A stretch of DNA of 64,000 bases. Origin: Candidatus Marinacidobacterales bacterium. Lineage in GTDB: Bacteria > Acidobacteriota > Vicinamibacteria > Marinacidobacterales > DATDRI01. Location: contig OZ244742.1 in assembly GCA_965219415.1 (NCBI GenBank), forward strand, positions 1,760,001 through 1,824,000. The letters run 5' to 3'. The notes beneath the pieces are model-generated. The model made no database searches and was not told the origin of the DNA. It saw only the letters and a program-made list of their open reading frames with translations. Made by a program: the position numbers and the translations under genes. Shown here one piece after another: positions 30,658-43,058 of the stretch (position 1 is the first letter of the stretch; the number at the start of each line of letters is the position of its first letter).

Positions 30658-33000
30658 TTCACGAACGAGTCGTGCCGCGAAGGCTGGCACTCTTCGCCCT
30701 AGCGACACTCCTATATAACGTTCCGGCGGCGGCCGGCGAGAAGAAGACCCTCTACGCTGGACGCCCGCTTACGGAAGTCCTCGAGGAGCTTCGCTCCGAC
30801 GGCCTCAAGATCTTTTACAGCAGCCGGCTGGTGCAGTCGAAGATGCGGGTGGTAGAAGAACCTTCCTCCACGGACTCCCGGCAAATCCTCGATGAAATCC
30901 TTTCGCCTCACAACTTGAAGGTGCGGTCGGGATCGAATGGCAGCCTCCTCATTATCAGAAAACCCAAAGAATCGCCGCCCGATCCTCCCCCGGAAGAGGT
31001 TTCTACCGAAATCCGTTTTCGCGAGACCGTAGTTGTGTTGGGTGACGCCGATCGTGGCGGAGTGGGGACCGACGTGATCTCCTTCGACGGGCAAGACGTG
31101 ATGGAGGTAACCGGCGCGGTGGACAACGTGTTTCGCGCGCTCCAGACCCTGCCCGGTGTAGCGGCCACTTCCGAGTTCGGAAGCAGCATCGCGGTTCAAG
31201 GAGGTGCGCCGGAGCAAAACCTGATCATCATGGACGGTGTGGAAGTCTACAATCCCTATCGACTCTTCGGCTTCACGAGCGCCTTCAATCCCGAGACGGT
31301 GGATACTTCGAATTATCGCGTGGTGGCTTCGGGACGCGCTTCGGAGATCGGCTATCGTCGGTACTCGTGGTGGACAACCGGCTCGGCACCAGTGACAAGC
31401 TCCTCCAGGGCTCGGTGGGGGTGAGCATTACCGATGCGAACTTCGTGCTCGAAGGAAAGCTTCCCCGCGGCTCCTGGCTCTTCTCCGGTCGCCGGACGTA
31501 CTACGATCTCATCACCAACGCAGCCCTCCTTACGACATTTCCGTCTTTCCGAGATCTCCAAACGAAAGTGTCTTGGGAGCTCGGCGGCGGCCGACGGCTT
31601 TCTGTCACTGGTCTACTGGGCAGCGAAAGAAGGAACCTCGACACAGGCAAGTTGGATACCCCAGGCCAGACGGTCGAGCTCGGACCGACATTTGATCTGT
31701 TTTCCAACACGAATAGCGGAGAGGACGTCCACGTAGGTGGGGAGACGCGAACCGCGCTAGTCGCGCTCAACTTCGTGTCCCCTCTCGCCGACCGGGTTTT
31801 GCTCAAAAGCACCGTATCCTTCTACCGTTTTCAGGAGGACTTCGACTTCTCCGGGCTCATCGACAACGGGGTGCGTGACTCCCGTTCCCCCCGCCCGTTC
31901 TTGGTCGACGTGGGCTTCTCCCGCAACGTCGAGCTCGAGGATCGGGCCTTTCGGCAAGAGCTCATCCTGGATCCGTGGCGAGGTCACGAATTCGAATTGG
32001 GCTTTGAAATCCACTCGCTGGCGACGGCGTGGGCATACGACATCGACGGCGTGCGAAGTGCGGTGGAACCCAATGCGTCGGGCATCTCCCTCGATACCCA
32101 CCTACTACCCGGGGTAAGCGTACCGGCCGAGCTCGACTCGGAAGTCGATGGCGTGCGCTGGGGTGCTTGGGTCCAGGATCGTTTCTTCGCCACACAACGC
32201 ATCACGCTACAACCCGGACTACGCATCAGCCGAAGCGGGATCAACCGTAAGACCGGCCTCGCCCCTCGGCTTCGCGCGACGTTCGATTTGACGCCGGAGA
32301 CACAACTGCGCGCCGCCACGGGGCTCTACTTCCAGAGCCCGGGGTACGAAAAGCTCTTTCAGGCGGACTACTTCGTCGACCTCTCCGACGAGTCGTCTCG
32401 GACCGAGCTCGACAACGAGAGAGCGTTCGTGACCACAGTCGGACTGGACTATGTATTCCATCCCGGACTGACTTTGAACATCGACGCCTATTACAAGCGT
32501 CTCTCGAACGTGTTGGTCGGCAGGTTGGAAACCGAGACGGAGCGCGCCGCGCGGATCGCGCGGTACGACTTCCCTACGGCCTTGCAGAGTGAGATCCCGC
32601 AGGCACCGCTCATCACGGTGAATCCGGTCAGTGACGCGGAGGGTCGCGCTTGGGGATTCGATGTAACCCTTTCGAGAACGTCGAGCGCTACGCGCGAGCC
32701 CCGGCTTACGGGGTGGATGACGTACAGCTACGGTGTTGCCGATCGACACGCCTACGGACAACGGTTTCCTTTCGACTACGACCGGACGCACGCGGGAAGT
32801 CTTGTCGCACGATGGCGAATCAGCCGTTCAATGGACATCTCTACGACCGCTCGATTCGCGTCCGGCTTCCCGCGGACCCCGGCACTCGGCGCCCGGGTCG
32901 CGGCAGAAGACGATGGTAGCGCGCTGGTTCCGGCGCGCGATGACGCGGGTCTCTTGGTCTACACGCAGGACTTCGGCGACGTGTCGAACCTCATTTTAGT
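30633..33000 (+). pseudogene. TonB-dependent receptor with N-terminal signalling domain; frameshift near 31305, C-terminus missing
   Basis: RPLTEVLEEL, ALQTLPGV, GG.PEQNLIIMDGVEVYNP plug; barrel strands; stops at DFGDVSNL with no C-terminal aromatic strand. Confidence 0.78.
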
Positions 33001-33005
33001 CAGGT

Positions 33006-33857
33006 TTATCGGATCACGGAGTCCAGCCAGGGCAGGAGGTCGCCCCAAAAGTCGATTCGATCGCCGCTGCCGACGTCGCGCAGACCATGACCAGTGTTCG
33101 GATAGACGACGACGGAGAATGGCCTACCCAACGCCTCGGCGATCTCCCGAACGATCTGAGCACTCTCGCGCGCCGGGATGATTCGGTCCTGATCTCCAAG
33201 CAGCCAGAGCCCGGGTGCGGCCATCCCCTCGATGAACGGCCGGGGGTCGAAGTCGCCGGCCGGCCGCTCGAAATCGGCGAGCCTGGCCGAGAGCTGTGAG
33301 ATCGTGAGGTTCATGTCGTCGGCAATCTCGTCCCAGAAATTGTGCTCCGCGACCGTGACCGCCGGTCCCGACAGGAGGATGGTGAACGAGACGTGTGCCG
33401 ATCGCGTCGCGACCATTGGAATGATCCAACCCGCCTGGCTCGAGCCCATCAAGCCGATCCGACTCGGGTCGACTCAAGTATCTTGAAACACGAAATCCAC
33501 GGCTGCCACGAGGTCGCCCGAAAGCAGCTCGAAGTCGGCGAAGCCGCGCCGATACACACCGCCCGAATCTCCGACGCCTCTCTTGTCGAACCGGAACACC
33601 GCGACCCCATTCTCGACGAGACGCAGGGCCCAGTCTTTGTCTTCATTCTTGGTGTTCGGACCCGAGTCGTGGCCGAACACGACCATGGGGTAGGGCGGGG
33701 AACCGGCCTCCGGGATATCGAGGGCGTAGCTGAGGCGCGTCGGCCCGGAAAAGAAGACCCCTTCCTCGGTCGTGGCCGAGGGTCCGAGTACGGTACTTCC
33801 GCAGCCGGCGGAGCCAGCCAACACAGCGAGACAAACGGACCGAAGTATGTTTGGCAC
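33006..33857 (-). pseudogene. Alpha/beta hydrolase lipoprotein, frameshifted near 33475
   Basis: HDSGP, FDKRGVGDSGG, GSSQAGW nucleophile elbow, GDQD, YPNTGH. Confidence 0.78.
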
Positions 33858-33865
33858 TACGTTCC

Positions 33866-34444
33866 TCAGAAACTCCCGAACTTGAAAGAAAAACTCATTG
33901 TGGGAGCGCTTAGATCCAGGCGGGAATCACCCCCCGAGACGAATCGGTAGCCGGCCCCAAAACCAATGCGAAAGTTCCTCAAAACGTTGAGCGTTACGTG
34001 CGCCCCTGGCTCGGCGACGAAGAAGCCCTCTTCGTGCCCGTGGTGGCCACGGAAGGAATCCACGCAACCGCCGCCAACCAAGGCGCTGAAGGAGTAGTTG
34101 AGAAGCTTTTTCGAGTTCAGAAAATACTCCAAGCGCAGCCCCCCGTAGGCCATGTCCACTAGATTGTCGCTGGTACTACCCAAGACAGTGAAGCCGATGA
34201 GAAACGAGTGGTTTATGATCCAGCCGCCTTGGAAACCAGCGAAGTTGGTGAAGGAACCGTTCACCTCGGAGAGCTTGTCCTCGAACGAGATCATCCATCC
34301 GTTGTGAACCTTCCCTTTGACCAAGGTCTCCGTTTCCTCCTTGTCCTGGGCGTTTGCATTCGCCGCGGCCAAGAAAAGAAGAATCAAGACGACCGATGAC
34401 AGTGCGTTGAACCTAAAGACCCTTCCACCAGCTGATTTTTCCAT
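33866..34444 (-). CDS. Putative small outer-membrane beta-barrel protein
   Basis: Signal peptide, amphipathic strands, GAGYRFV, C-terminal FKFGSF. Confidence 0.6.
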   Translation of the reverse strand: MEKSAGGRVFRFNALSSVVLILLFLAAANANAQDKEETETLVKGKVHNGWMISFEDKLSEVNGSFTNFAGFQGGWIINHSFLIGFTVLGSTSDNLVDMAYGGLRLEYFLNSKKLLNYSFSALVGGGCVDSFRGHHGHEEGFFVAEPGAHVTLNVLRNFRIGFGAGYRFVSGGDSRLDLSAPTMSFSFKFGSF

Positions 34445-34470
34445 TGACTTCTCCTTTCCTTAGCCACTGG

Positions 34471-35161
34471 CTACCGTTTGTGAACCGCACCAAGCCCGTC
34501 GACATCCACCGTCGGATCGCCGATGTACTCGACCGAACCGGGCGCGTCCACTCTCCCGCGAAGCTCTTCGCTTGCGTTGACGACAACTCGGGAAGGGCCC
34601 GAGACATCGACCACGACGACTCGGCTCTCGAGGTTCTCGGCAAAGTTAGTTGCTAACCCCGGAAACAATGACGTCCTGTCGACCGGATCTCCCCTCCGCC
34701 GAGACATTGCTAACTCCAGAGACGCTGACGTCCAATCTAGGGGTGTCGATCCCGCGGGCATCCACTTCGACCACGCCGGCGGCGGTGAGCGCGGTCAGGG
34801 TCCGAACGGACAGGGTGAACTCAATTGGGGCGGTTTGCGTGATATTCGTGTCGGACGCAAATCCGAGAAAGAGCGTCCGGTCCCGGACCTCCGATATCAA
34901 AAGGGGCAGGATATTGTCGTCGGCGGAGATGGTGAGGGATTCGGTGCCTGTTTGCTCGAGGACCAATCGAGCTACGCCCTCGAACGAAACTGCTTCGAAA
35001 CCGCTGACGTTTCGGGACTGCGTGATGACATTCCCCGATCCCACGACTTGGCCTCCCGATGGGCCTATCGAGTCGGGCTCGAGCAAATTTGTGGCACGGT
35101 CGCACCCGCCCAAAACGGTTACGGTTGCGATCCAACCCAAAAAGATGGTACAGGCGCGCAT
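34471..35161 (-). pseudogene. DUF2807 / head GIN-domain lipoprotein, frameshifted near 34660
   Basis: Lipobox LGGC, VGSGNVITQSRNVSGF, ADDNILP; C-terminal GSVEYIGDPTV in another frame. Confidence 0.75.
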
Positions 35162-35311
35162 TCTTACCTCCGGTTCTCGTTTCGAGGGCGTCTTCGAGAA
35201 CTCTGTGGCCCTCACTAGGTAAGAGGGATGAAGGCACGAGAATCCTTCGCCCCCGGCTAGCGATTTGTTCTCGACTCGTTCAAACTGCCGCAGGGACGCC
35301 AAGGAGGCACG

Positions 35312-36742
35312 ATGGCCGCAAACGAATACCTGGATTCGCTACAGTTGTCGGCAGAGAAGATGCGGGAGCTCGGTTATCGCGTAGTCGACATGCTGGTAGA
35401 CCATTTCGACCGACTACCCAGCGAGCCCGTCGCCACAGTGCCAAGCCGACGGGCATTGGAAGAGAAACTGCGGGAGCCGATTCCGGAACGGGGAGTCGAC
35501 ATCGATGCCGTCCTGCAGCGCGTGGAGCAGGACGTACTCGGTAACATGATGCACGTCGACCACCGTCGGTTTTTCGCTTTCATCCCGAGCCCAAGCAACT
35601 ACGTCTCGGTCATGGCAGACGCCCTCGCAACGGGCTTCAACGTGTTCGCTGGCACCTGGCTCGAGGGCGCAGGCCCCGCCCAGATCGAGATGGTCACCGT
35701 CGACTGGCTTCGAGAGCTGTGCGGCATGCCGGAGGGGACGGGCGGACTCTTCGTCAGCGGTGGTTCGATGGCTAACCTCACGGCACTGGTGGTGGCCCGT
35801 CAGGCTAAGCTTCCCAACGGTATCGACAAGGCCACTGTCTATTGCTCCGAACAAACCCACGCTTCCATCGAAAAAGGAATGCGAATTCTCGGGTTCCGCA
35901 GCGACCAGCTCCGTAAACTCGATGCGGACCGAGAGTTTCGCCTTCCCCTTACGACGCTTCTGAGCGCCGTGGCATCCGATCGCAGCGCCGGAAAGCGCCC
36001 TTTCTGTGTGGTGGCCAACGCGGGCACAACCAACACCGGCGCGGTCGACCCTCTGTCCGATATTGCCGATTTTTGCCGCGACCAGAACCTTTGGTTTCAC
36101 GTCGACGGCGCCTACGGCGGTGCCGCCGTTCTTTCGAAACGCGCCGCCTCTCGTCTGGCCGGCATCGGCCGAGCCGACTCGCTCTCCCTCGACCCTCACA
36201 AATGGCTCTTTCAACCTTATGAGACCGGTTGCGTCTTGGTTCGAGAGGGGCGCCGGCTCGGCGAGAGCTTCCGAATTGCGCCCGAGTATTTGAAGGATGC
36301 CGAGACCAAGGAGGAAGAAGTCAATTTCTACGAGCAAGGAATTCAGATGACCAGAAGCTTTCGGGCGTTGAAGCTTTGGATGTCGCTTCAGGTGTTCGGG
36401 CTCGAACGATTCCGAAACGCGATCGACCGCGGCATCTCACTCGCCGAGACGGCGGAGGAACTCCTCCGCCGATCCTCTTGCTGGGAAATCGTGACTCCCG
36501 CAGAAATGGGAATCGTCACGTTCCGATATCGTCACCGCGGCGGTGCCGCAGACGAAGACGCCTTGAACCGGCGGATCGTCGAAGGGATGACCGCGGATGG
36601 CTTCGCGATGCTGAACTCGACCGTCCTCGAGGGTCGCACCGCCTTGCATTTGTGCACCATCAACCCCCGCACCACCGTGTCGGATCTTGAGAAAACGGTA
36701 GAGAGGATGGAAGTGCTCGGTAGCCGAGCGTTGAACCCCTAG
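35312..36742 (+). CDS. Group II PLP-dependent (aromatic L-amino acid-type) decarboxylase
   Basis: [36 protein letters not shown] (PLP lysine). Confidence 0.9.
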   Translation: MAANEYLDSLQLSAEKMRELGYRVVDMLVDHFDRLPSEPVATVPSRRALEEKLREPIPERGVDIDAVLQRVEQDVLGNMMHVDHRRFFAFIPSPSNYVSVMADALATGFNVFAGTWLEGAGPAQIEMVTVDWLRELCGMPEGTGGLFVSGGSMANLTALVVARQAKLPNGIDKATVYCSEQTHASIEKGMRILGFRSDQLRKLDADREFRLPLTTLLSAVASDRSAGKRPFCVVANAGTTNTGAVDPLSDIADFCRDQNLWFHVDGAYGGAAVLSKRAASRLAGIGRADSLSLDPHKWLFQPYETGCVLVREGRRLGESFRIAPEYLKDAETKEEEVNFYEQGIQMTRSFRALKLWMSLQVFGLERFRNAIDRGISLAETAEELLRRSSCWEIVTPAEMGIVTFRYRHRGGAADEDALNRRIVEGMTADGFAMLNSTVLEGRTALHLCTINPRTTVSDLEKTVERMEVLGSRALNP

Positions 36743-36883
36743 GTTCTTGAGACGTCGTGTTTTATCTCGACGCGTGGGATTCGCACCACATAGCTTCCAC
36801 GCGAATTCTAGGTTACAATTTGTAAGTACAATCCCCAGCTTCAAATAAATTCCCCCAACCTAGAACGCGGAAGGGCCAGCTCA

Positions 36884-39244
36884 TTGTGGCTGCGACACGG
36901 CATCTCCTGGGCAGTTGTGGTCTCGATCTTTCTCGTCTCACCACACCTCGAAGCTCGAGATAGGCTCGAACGCTTTATTATCCAATGCACGAATCCTTGT
37001 GACGTGATCATCGCGACCATCCAAGAGCTGGGTGGCGAAGTGGCCAAGCAATACACCAACCTGGATGCGGTTGCCGCGAGCCTCCCCGTCGGTCTCCGCG
37101 CGGAGCTGGAATCGATGGAGCTCGTCAAGGCCGTCGACGACGACTTCGTGGTACCTCCCCCGAGACCGGTGGAAGCAGTGAGTCTTGGAGACGAGGAGCA
37201 AGGGGTCTCACCACAGGTGGTGGGAGGAGAAAGGCTGGCCGCTCTGAGGGGCGCCCATCCGACCAACTACGTCTTCAGTAATTTACTAACCGGGGCCGCG
37301 TCGCTTCACAACCTCGGTCACCGCAGGGACGGTGCCATCGTCGCCGTGATCGACACGGGCACCGCCAACGATCCGGTCACGACTCCGGCTCTCTACGACT
37401 TCACGAGCGGAGAACCTAAAGTGATCGGAGGAGAGAGCTTCATCGCCGGCGCCTCCGAACCTTCCGCCACCAGCGTTCTGAATCACCCACACGGTACTTG
37501 GGTCGCTTGCATGATTGCCGCCGACGCGGGCTTCGTCTTCCCCAACGACGACCCCTTCACACCCATTGTCGCGGCGGTATCGAAGTGGGCCCCTACGAGT
37601 GTCATTCCGGTGGACAGTACTTCGTCCATGGTGCCGATGAGAGGCTCCGCGCCCGATGCCCGCATCTACGCCATGAAGGTCTTCCGCGCCTCGGGTAGCG
37701 GGTCAGCCACCTCAACGATCATCGCCGCCATGGATCGTGCCATTACGCTGCGTCAGAACTACAACGACGGTGTGCCGTCGGTTCCAGTGAGCGGTAGTGG
37801 CACCGCGGACGACCCCTTCGTTTACGACTCCTTGCGCATCGACGTCGTCAACATGAGTCTTACCGGTCCGACATTGAAAGCAGGCCGGAACATGATGGAC
37901 CAGTTGACTCTCAAGATGCTGGGCGTCGGCATCGTCCCCGTCATTTCCGCCGGCAACAGCGGCCCGGCGGCCATGACCGGAGGAAGCCCAGGAACGGGCA
38001 TTGGAGCTCTCACCGTGGGAGCCGCCTACACCGCCGAACACGAGCGGATCGCCGCCGAGGTTGGGCTGATCTTCGGGGCGACGCCGGTCAACGGTGGCCT
38101 ATACCACCCCTCGGACCACATTCAAACCGCACACTTCAGTTCCCGCGGACCGACCGCGGACGGAAGGAATGATCCCGAGGTGTTGGCGCAGGGCGTCTAC
38201 GTCTTCGTCAACGCACCTCGTCGAACGTCCGCCAGTTCCGTGTTGCCGTATCCTGTCATCACTTGGGTCTCGGGAACTTCGTTCTCCTCGCCGGCGGTAG
38301 CCGGGGCGGCGGCCCTTCTACGTGAAGCCGCGCCTTCGGCAAGCGCCGGGCAAATCCGCAATGCCTTGATCTCATCGGCCAATCCTGGCGTTGTCGGGGA
38401 TAACTCTGGCAAGATCGACCAGGGCCAAGGCTTCATTGATATCCCGCAAGCACTGGATCTTCTGCAGACCACGAAGGTAGACGGCCGGATCCGAGTCCGC
38501 AAGCCTCCGAAGAAATTGCACAAGAGAATTCGGAGACTCGGTTATCCGGTACTCCAACGCGGAGGCCAGACTACGCTCAACGATCTGATGCCGGGACAAG
38601 TGAAACATTTCTTCGTTCGGATCAAGAAAAAGACCGCGCGCCTCCACGTGACGGTGCGAAATATCCGGCCCGCACTCGATCCTGCCGATCAGAATCCTTT
38701 CTTCGGGGACGGCCTGTTGGTGACGGTGGTCGATGCGCCCACTTCGTTCGCCTGGACGCGGGCCGCGGTGTTCGCCAAGAGCGATGTGACCGTGCCCATC
38801 GACAACCCCCAGGAGGGATTGGTGCGGGTTGCCATAACCGGTGGATGGTTGAACGCTGGCCCCATCTCCGCCGATATCGAGATTACGCGAGACAAATCCA
38901 AGCCGCCTCGGATATCAGCCAAGGGTAAGACTCCTCGCACCGGCGTCTGCAGCCTCGAGACGGTCAATGTGCCGACGGGTGTTGCAGAGCTCCAAACGAT
39001 GCTGACCTGGAAGTACAACTGGGGCATGTACCCTACCAACGATCTCGATCTGATTATCGTAGACCCGAATGGGAATACGAACGCGAGCGGCGCTACCTTC
39101 GCCAGCCCCGAGCGCGTGACCATTGCCAACCCAACCCCCGGTGGATGGAGCTTTCTCGTCTGCGGCTATGAAATCCACTCGCGGGACAGAGCCAAATGGC
39201 AACTGAGAGTGAGCGGGGACGGGAAACGCCTTCGGGCTCGCTGA
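36884..39244 (+). CDS. Secreted S8 subtilase with prodomain and C-terminal PPC-like domain
   Basis: Catalytic triad VAVIDTG / HGTWVA / GTSFSSPAVAG; SAGNSG; FSSRGPTADGR; NDLDL. Confidence 0.88.
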   Translation: MWLRHGISWAVVVSIFLVSPHLEARDRLERFIIQCTNPCDVIIATIQELGGEVAKQYTNLDAVAASLPVGLRAELESMELVKAVDDDFVVPPPRPVEAVSLGDEEQGVSPQVVGGERLAALRGAHPTNYVFSNLLTGAASLHNLGHRRDGAIVAVIDTGTANDPVTTPALYDFTSGEPKVIGGESFIAGASEPSATSVLNHPHGTWVACMIAADAGFVFPNDDPFTPIVAAVSKWAPTSVIPVDSTSSMVPMRGSAPDARIYAMKVFRASGSGSATSTIIAAMDRAITLRQNYNDGVPSVPVSGSGTADDPFVYDSLRIDVVNMSLTGPTLKAGRNMMDQLTLKMLGVGIVPVISAGNSGPAAMTGGSPGTGIGALTVGAAYTAEHERIAAEVGLIFGATPVNGGLYHPSDHIQTAHFSSRGPTADGRNDPEVLAQGVYVFVNAPRRTSASSVLPYPVITWVSGTSFSSPAVAGAAALLREAAPSASAGQIRNALISSANPGVVGDNSGKIDQGQGFIDIPQALDLLQTTKVDGRIRVRKPPKKLHKRIRRLGYPVLQRGGQTTLNDLMPGQVKHFFVRIKKKTARLHVTVRNIRPALDPADQNPFFGDGLLVTVVDAPTSFAWTRAAVFAKSDVTVPIDNPQEGLVRVAITGGWLNAGPISADIEITRDKSKPPRISAKGKTPRTGVCSLETVNVPTGVAELQTMLTWKYNWGMYPTNDLDLIIVDPNGNTNASGATFASPERVTIANPTPGGWSFLVCGYEIHSRDRAKWQLRVSGDGKRLRAR

Positions 39245-39268
39245 TTCGCGAGAGCGTTGACTAGTGCC

Positions 39269-41176
39269 CTAGCGCCGATCGCGCTCTTCAGGATAAGAGC
39301 ACAGAAGGACCTGTTCCATGTCGGCGTGGTTCTCCCCTTCTCGACGATCCCGGTTCTCCTCCCAATAAAGGTCCAACTTTTCGCGCAAGGCCTTGGTCTC
39401 GACGACTTCGGAGCGCTCCAGCGGAATAAGCTCGAAACCGTAGAACGAAGGATCAATCGCCTGCACTCCCCCTTCGATCATAGAAACCCACGCTCTTCCA
39501 TAGTCGTCCCCCAGGGAGCGGGCGTTGTATCCAGATGGGTAGCGCTCCGAGATCAATCGTTGTTGCGACGACTTCAATAGGGTCTCTTCGCTCGGGTCTT
39601 CTCCCAATGCCGATAATCGCATGAACTCGTATAGGCCAAAGGAGACTCACCGAAGCCCGCAGCGTTCCCACACTCACGTTTGAGGCACGCACGAATAGCG
39701 GCACGTGGATGAGCACCTGAGACAGACCATACTCGTGGCCCACTCTCCCCTCCTCACCCAACTCCTCCCCGTGGTCGGAAGTAATAATGATGATGGTGTC
39801 CTCGCCGAGGCGCTCGTCGATCCATGCCAGCAGCTCCTCGAGATTTCGATCGATCCACCGCAGCTCTCCGTCGTAGAGATCGGTCAAGTACTGCCGGCTC
39901 TCCATAGGCAGCTCAAGCCAGCGCTTCGTCAGCTCTCGGCGCGAAAGATAGCGAGAGAACGGTCGCCCGCCGCCGATCCGCTCGGGTGGGTTGTACGGTG
40001 AGTGAGCATCGAGGAAGTTGACGAAAAGAAAGACCGGCCCCGCTCCCTCGGGCACCGACCGTTTGACGATGCCGACGACTTCTCGCGCGTCTGGATACGG
40101 TATTCGCCAGCGAAGACTTTCGCTCAGACTCGGAAAAATTCCCCATTCGCCATCGACGAAACCACCGATGGTGCGGCTCCAGTCGATATGGCGCGGAGCA
40201 ATGACCGCGTCGAAACCGCGCACCTCTTTGGGAACGGCCAAGGGGTTGGCCGTCACCGCGCGGCAATCGTAGCCCTCCACCGCAAGCAATTCCGGCAGCC
40301 ACTCGATATCTCTATAGGCGCGGGTTCTGAAGCTCGTTTCACCATAATGAATCCCATGTTCGGAAACCGTCTTTCCCGAGAACATCGAAGCGTGGGAAGG
40401 CGCGGTCCAGCCGGCGGCAGAAACGGCTCGACGGACTACCAGCGCACTCTTCGCCCAGCTCGAAAGGCGTGGCATCGTGGCTCGCGAGTAGCCGAACTCC
40501 CTCAAGTGATCGGCACGCACCGCATCCAAGACAATGAGAACCATGTTGGGTCGCGCGGTTCCAGCCAATCTCGGGCCGATTCTCTCGGCGCGCGGGTAGA
40601 TCGTCGAGCCAGCCGCTAGCGCCACGGCCAGCGGAACGGGCAGCCAGGAGAGCGACGACCAGCGCCGCGCGAGGAAACCTAGTGCAAGGACGGTCCCACC
40701 AAGGGCCCCGACCATCCGGCTTGGCGCCCCCCGTGCTCCAGCGCGTGCTGGACGTACCCCACGACCAGCGGGGGAAAGACGACGTAAGCCACGATCTTGC
40801 CGGGCCGCCTTTTACTGCCTCCCCTCCAAAGAAAACGTATGCCCAGCCAAACGAGTAAGGCAGTCAACGAGGCCCAGAGCATGCTGGTCCGCGGGAGTAC
40901 GACGAGTCCGGAGTGCGTCGCGGAAAGAATCGGAACCGCCCCTTCCATCGCTTTTCCATGGATGAGACGAGCGAGTGTCCAAGAAAGGGCCACCGCCAAC
41001 AGAGCGGCCAGTATCTCGGCCAGGAATAGCCCTACGTAGTCGCTCCAACTCACGACCGCCCTATCGTCGAGGACGAACTCCTCGGCGAGCTCGAGATTGA
41101 CCAGAACGTCCAGTAGCCAAAGGCTCACGACGGAGCCGACGAGCATCCTACCCAGGCTTACCGGGCTTCCGAGCAT
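39269..41176 (-). pseudogene. Membrane-anchored sulfatase-like hydrolase, frameshifted
   Basis: N-terminal TM ORF 40679-41176; PNMVLIVLDAVRADH, WTAPSHASMFSG, DAHSPY, YDGE, TSDHGE. Confidence 0.75.
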
Positions 41177-41206
41177 GGCATCGTTTCCGCCGCCGGATGG
41201 CGAACG

Positions 41207-41394
41207 TCAGACGATGCTACTACTACAGGGCTCGGGCGATCGAGTGAGGATGTCGGCGAGAATGCGGAGACCGCGGGCAAGACGATCTCTTTCACGGATG
41301 GAGCCGAGACAAACCCGCGCGGCGTGCGGAAGTCGCTCTCGCCCCACGATGAAAGCGCTCGGCGGCGTTACCACCACCCGCTGCTTCAGGGCCT
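41207..41394 (-). pseudogene. C-terminal remnant of a MocR/GabR-type PLP regulator or aminotransferase
   Basis: Manual translation VVVTPPSAFIVG..PHAARVCLG..RDRLARGLRILADIL. Confidence 0.6.
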
Positions 41395-41399
41395 AGAGT

Positions 41400-42098
41400 T
41401 TGGCCACCCTGTGCGAAAAAGAAGACCTTTGGCTACACGTTGACGGAGCCTTCGGCGCCATGGCCGCTCTCTCCCCGAACCTACGTGACCTCGTCAAGGG
41501 CATGGAGCGCGCCAATTCGCTGGCATTCAACTTCCACAAGTGGATGTACGTGCCTTATGAAGTCGGCTGCGCCTTGGTTAGAAGCGAGCCCCAGCACCGC
41601 GGAACCTTTTCCCTGATTCCGGACTACCTGGCCCCGGCGCGGCGCGGAACATCGGCGGGGCCCACGCCGTTCAACGAATACGGCGTCGAGCTCTCGAGAG
41701 GTTTCAAAGCTCTCAAGGTTTGGATGTCCTTGAAGAAACATGGAGTGGACAAGTACGCGAGGCTCATCGAGCAGAATGTGGCGCAAGCGGGTTACCTCGC
41801 GAAGCGCGTCGAGGCCAGCTCGGAGCTGGAGCTCGTGGCCCCGGTTCCACTGAATGTGGTCTGTTTCCGGTTTGTCGTACCGGAGCGGGACGACCGGGCG
41901 TTGAACGCGTTGAATCAAGAACTGTTGGTTCGTTTGCAAGAGAGTGGCGTTGCGGTTCCCAACTCTACCAGGATTCATGGGAAGTACTGCCTCCGCGCTG
42001 CCATCACCAATCACCGGACACGGCGAGAGGACCTCGACCTGATGGTGCGGGAGGTCATCGCTTTAGGCCGCGGCGTGTTGCAAGATAGGGAGCCATGA
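41400..42098 (+). pseudogene. C-terminal half of a second group II PLP decarboxylase
   Basis: Begins at LCEKEDLWLHVDGAFG; NFHKW; N-terminal half absent relative to the 476-aa paralogue. Confidence 0.8.
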
Positions 42099-43012
42099 CG
42101 AGACTCGTCGGTCTTGCCGGGATCGCCACCATCTCGTTCTCGGCGATCTTCGTTCGCCTGGCGGATGTTTCACCGACGACGGCAGCGTTTTTCCGAGCCG
42201 CCTACGCGATCCCAGCGCTGTATCTAGTCGCCCGGATGATCCGCGACCGCGATCGGCGAGAACCGCGGATGCGCTGGCTGGCCTTCTTTAGTGGGACCTT
42301 CCTCGCTATTGACCTGAGCTTCTGGCACCAAGCCATCGCCTGGATCGGCGCCGGGCTCGGGACCGTCTTGGGCAACACCCAGGTAGTCTTCGTCGGGGTC
42401 GCAGCGTGGTTCCTTCACAAAGAACGTCCCAGCCAGTCCGCACTGCTCATGATTCCCATCGTGTTCCTGGGAGTCGTTCTCATCTCCGGCTTGGGTGATC
42501 CCGCAGCGTACGGGGCCAATCCGGTAGGTGGAGTGATTTACGGAATATTGACCGGTCTCTTTTTCGGCGGGTTTATCCTGTTGTTCCGAGCTTCGAACAA
42601 AGGGCTGGCACCGGTTGCCGGGCCTCTTCTCGACGCAACGTGTGGCATGGCGGTCGGCACATTAGGGGCAAGCCTGTTCGACCCCGGTTTTTCGGTAGTG
42701 CCGTCCTGGCCTGCCCACGGTTGGTTGCTCGCCATGGCGCTGGGCTCCCAGGTGATCGGTTGGCTTTTCATCTCCTATGCCCTGCCGCGCCTCCCGGCGC
42801 TCGAGACGTCGGTTCAACTACTCGTGCAGCCGATGTTGACGATTCTCTGGGGACGACTCCTTTTCGGTGAGTATCTTTCCACGCTGCAATGGACGGGAGC
42901 GGTACTGGTTCTCGGGGGAGTGGGGTTTTTGTCCATTCGGGGCACGGTCGAGAAACAAGACGCCGAGCCCGTGATGCCTCCTGCAGCCGTGGATGTCATC
43001 ACCATCGAGTAG
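42095..43012 (+). CDS. DMT/EamA family transporter
   Basis: About ten TM helices in two repeats; SFSAIFVRLA, AFFR, LLVQP. Confidence 0.85.
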   Translation: MTRLVGLAGIATISFSAIFVRLADVSPTTAAFFRAAYAIPALYLVARMIRDRDRREPRMRWLAFFSGTFLAIDLSFWHQAIAWIGAGLGTVLGNTQVVFVGVAAWFLHKERPSQSALLMIPIVFLGVVLISGLGDPAAYGANPVGGVIYGILTGLFFGGFILLFRASNKGLAPVAGPLLDATCGMAVGTLGASLFDPGFSVVPSWPAHGWLLAMALGSQVIGWLFISYALPRLPALETSVQLLVQPMLTILWGRLLFGEYLSTLQWTGAVLVLGGVGFLSIRGTVEKQDAEPVMPPAAVDVITIE

Positions 43013-43058
43013 GGCCGTCTGACTTGGTCCGATTACGGAAAACAAAGAAGGAGGTCCC

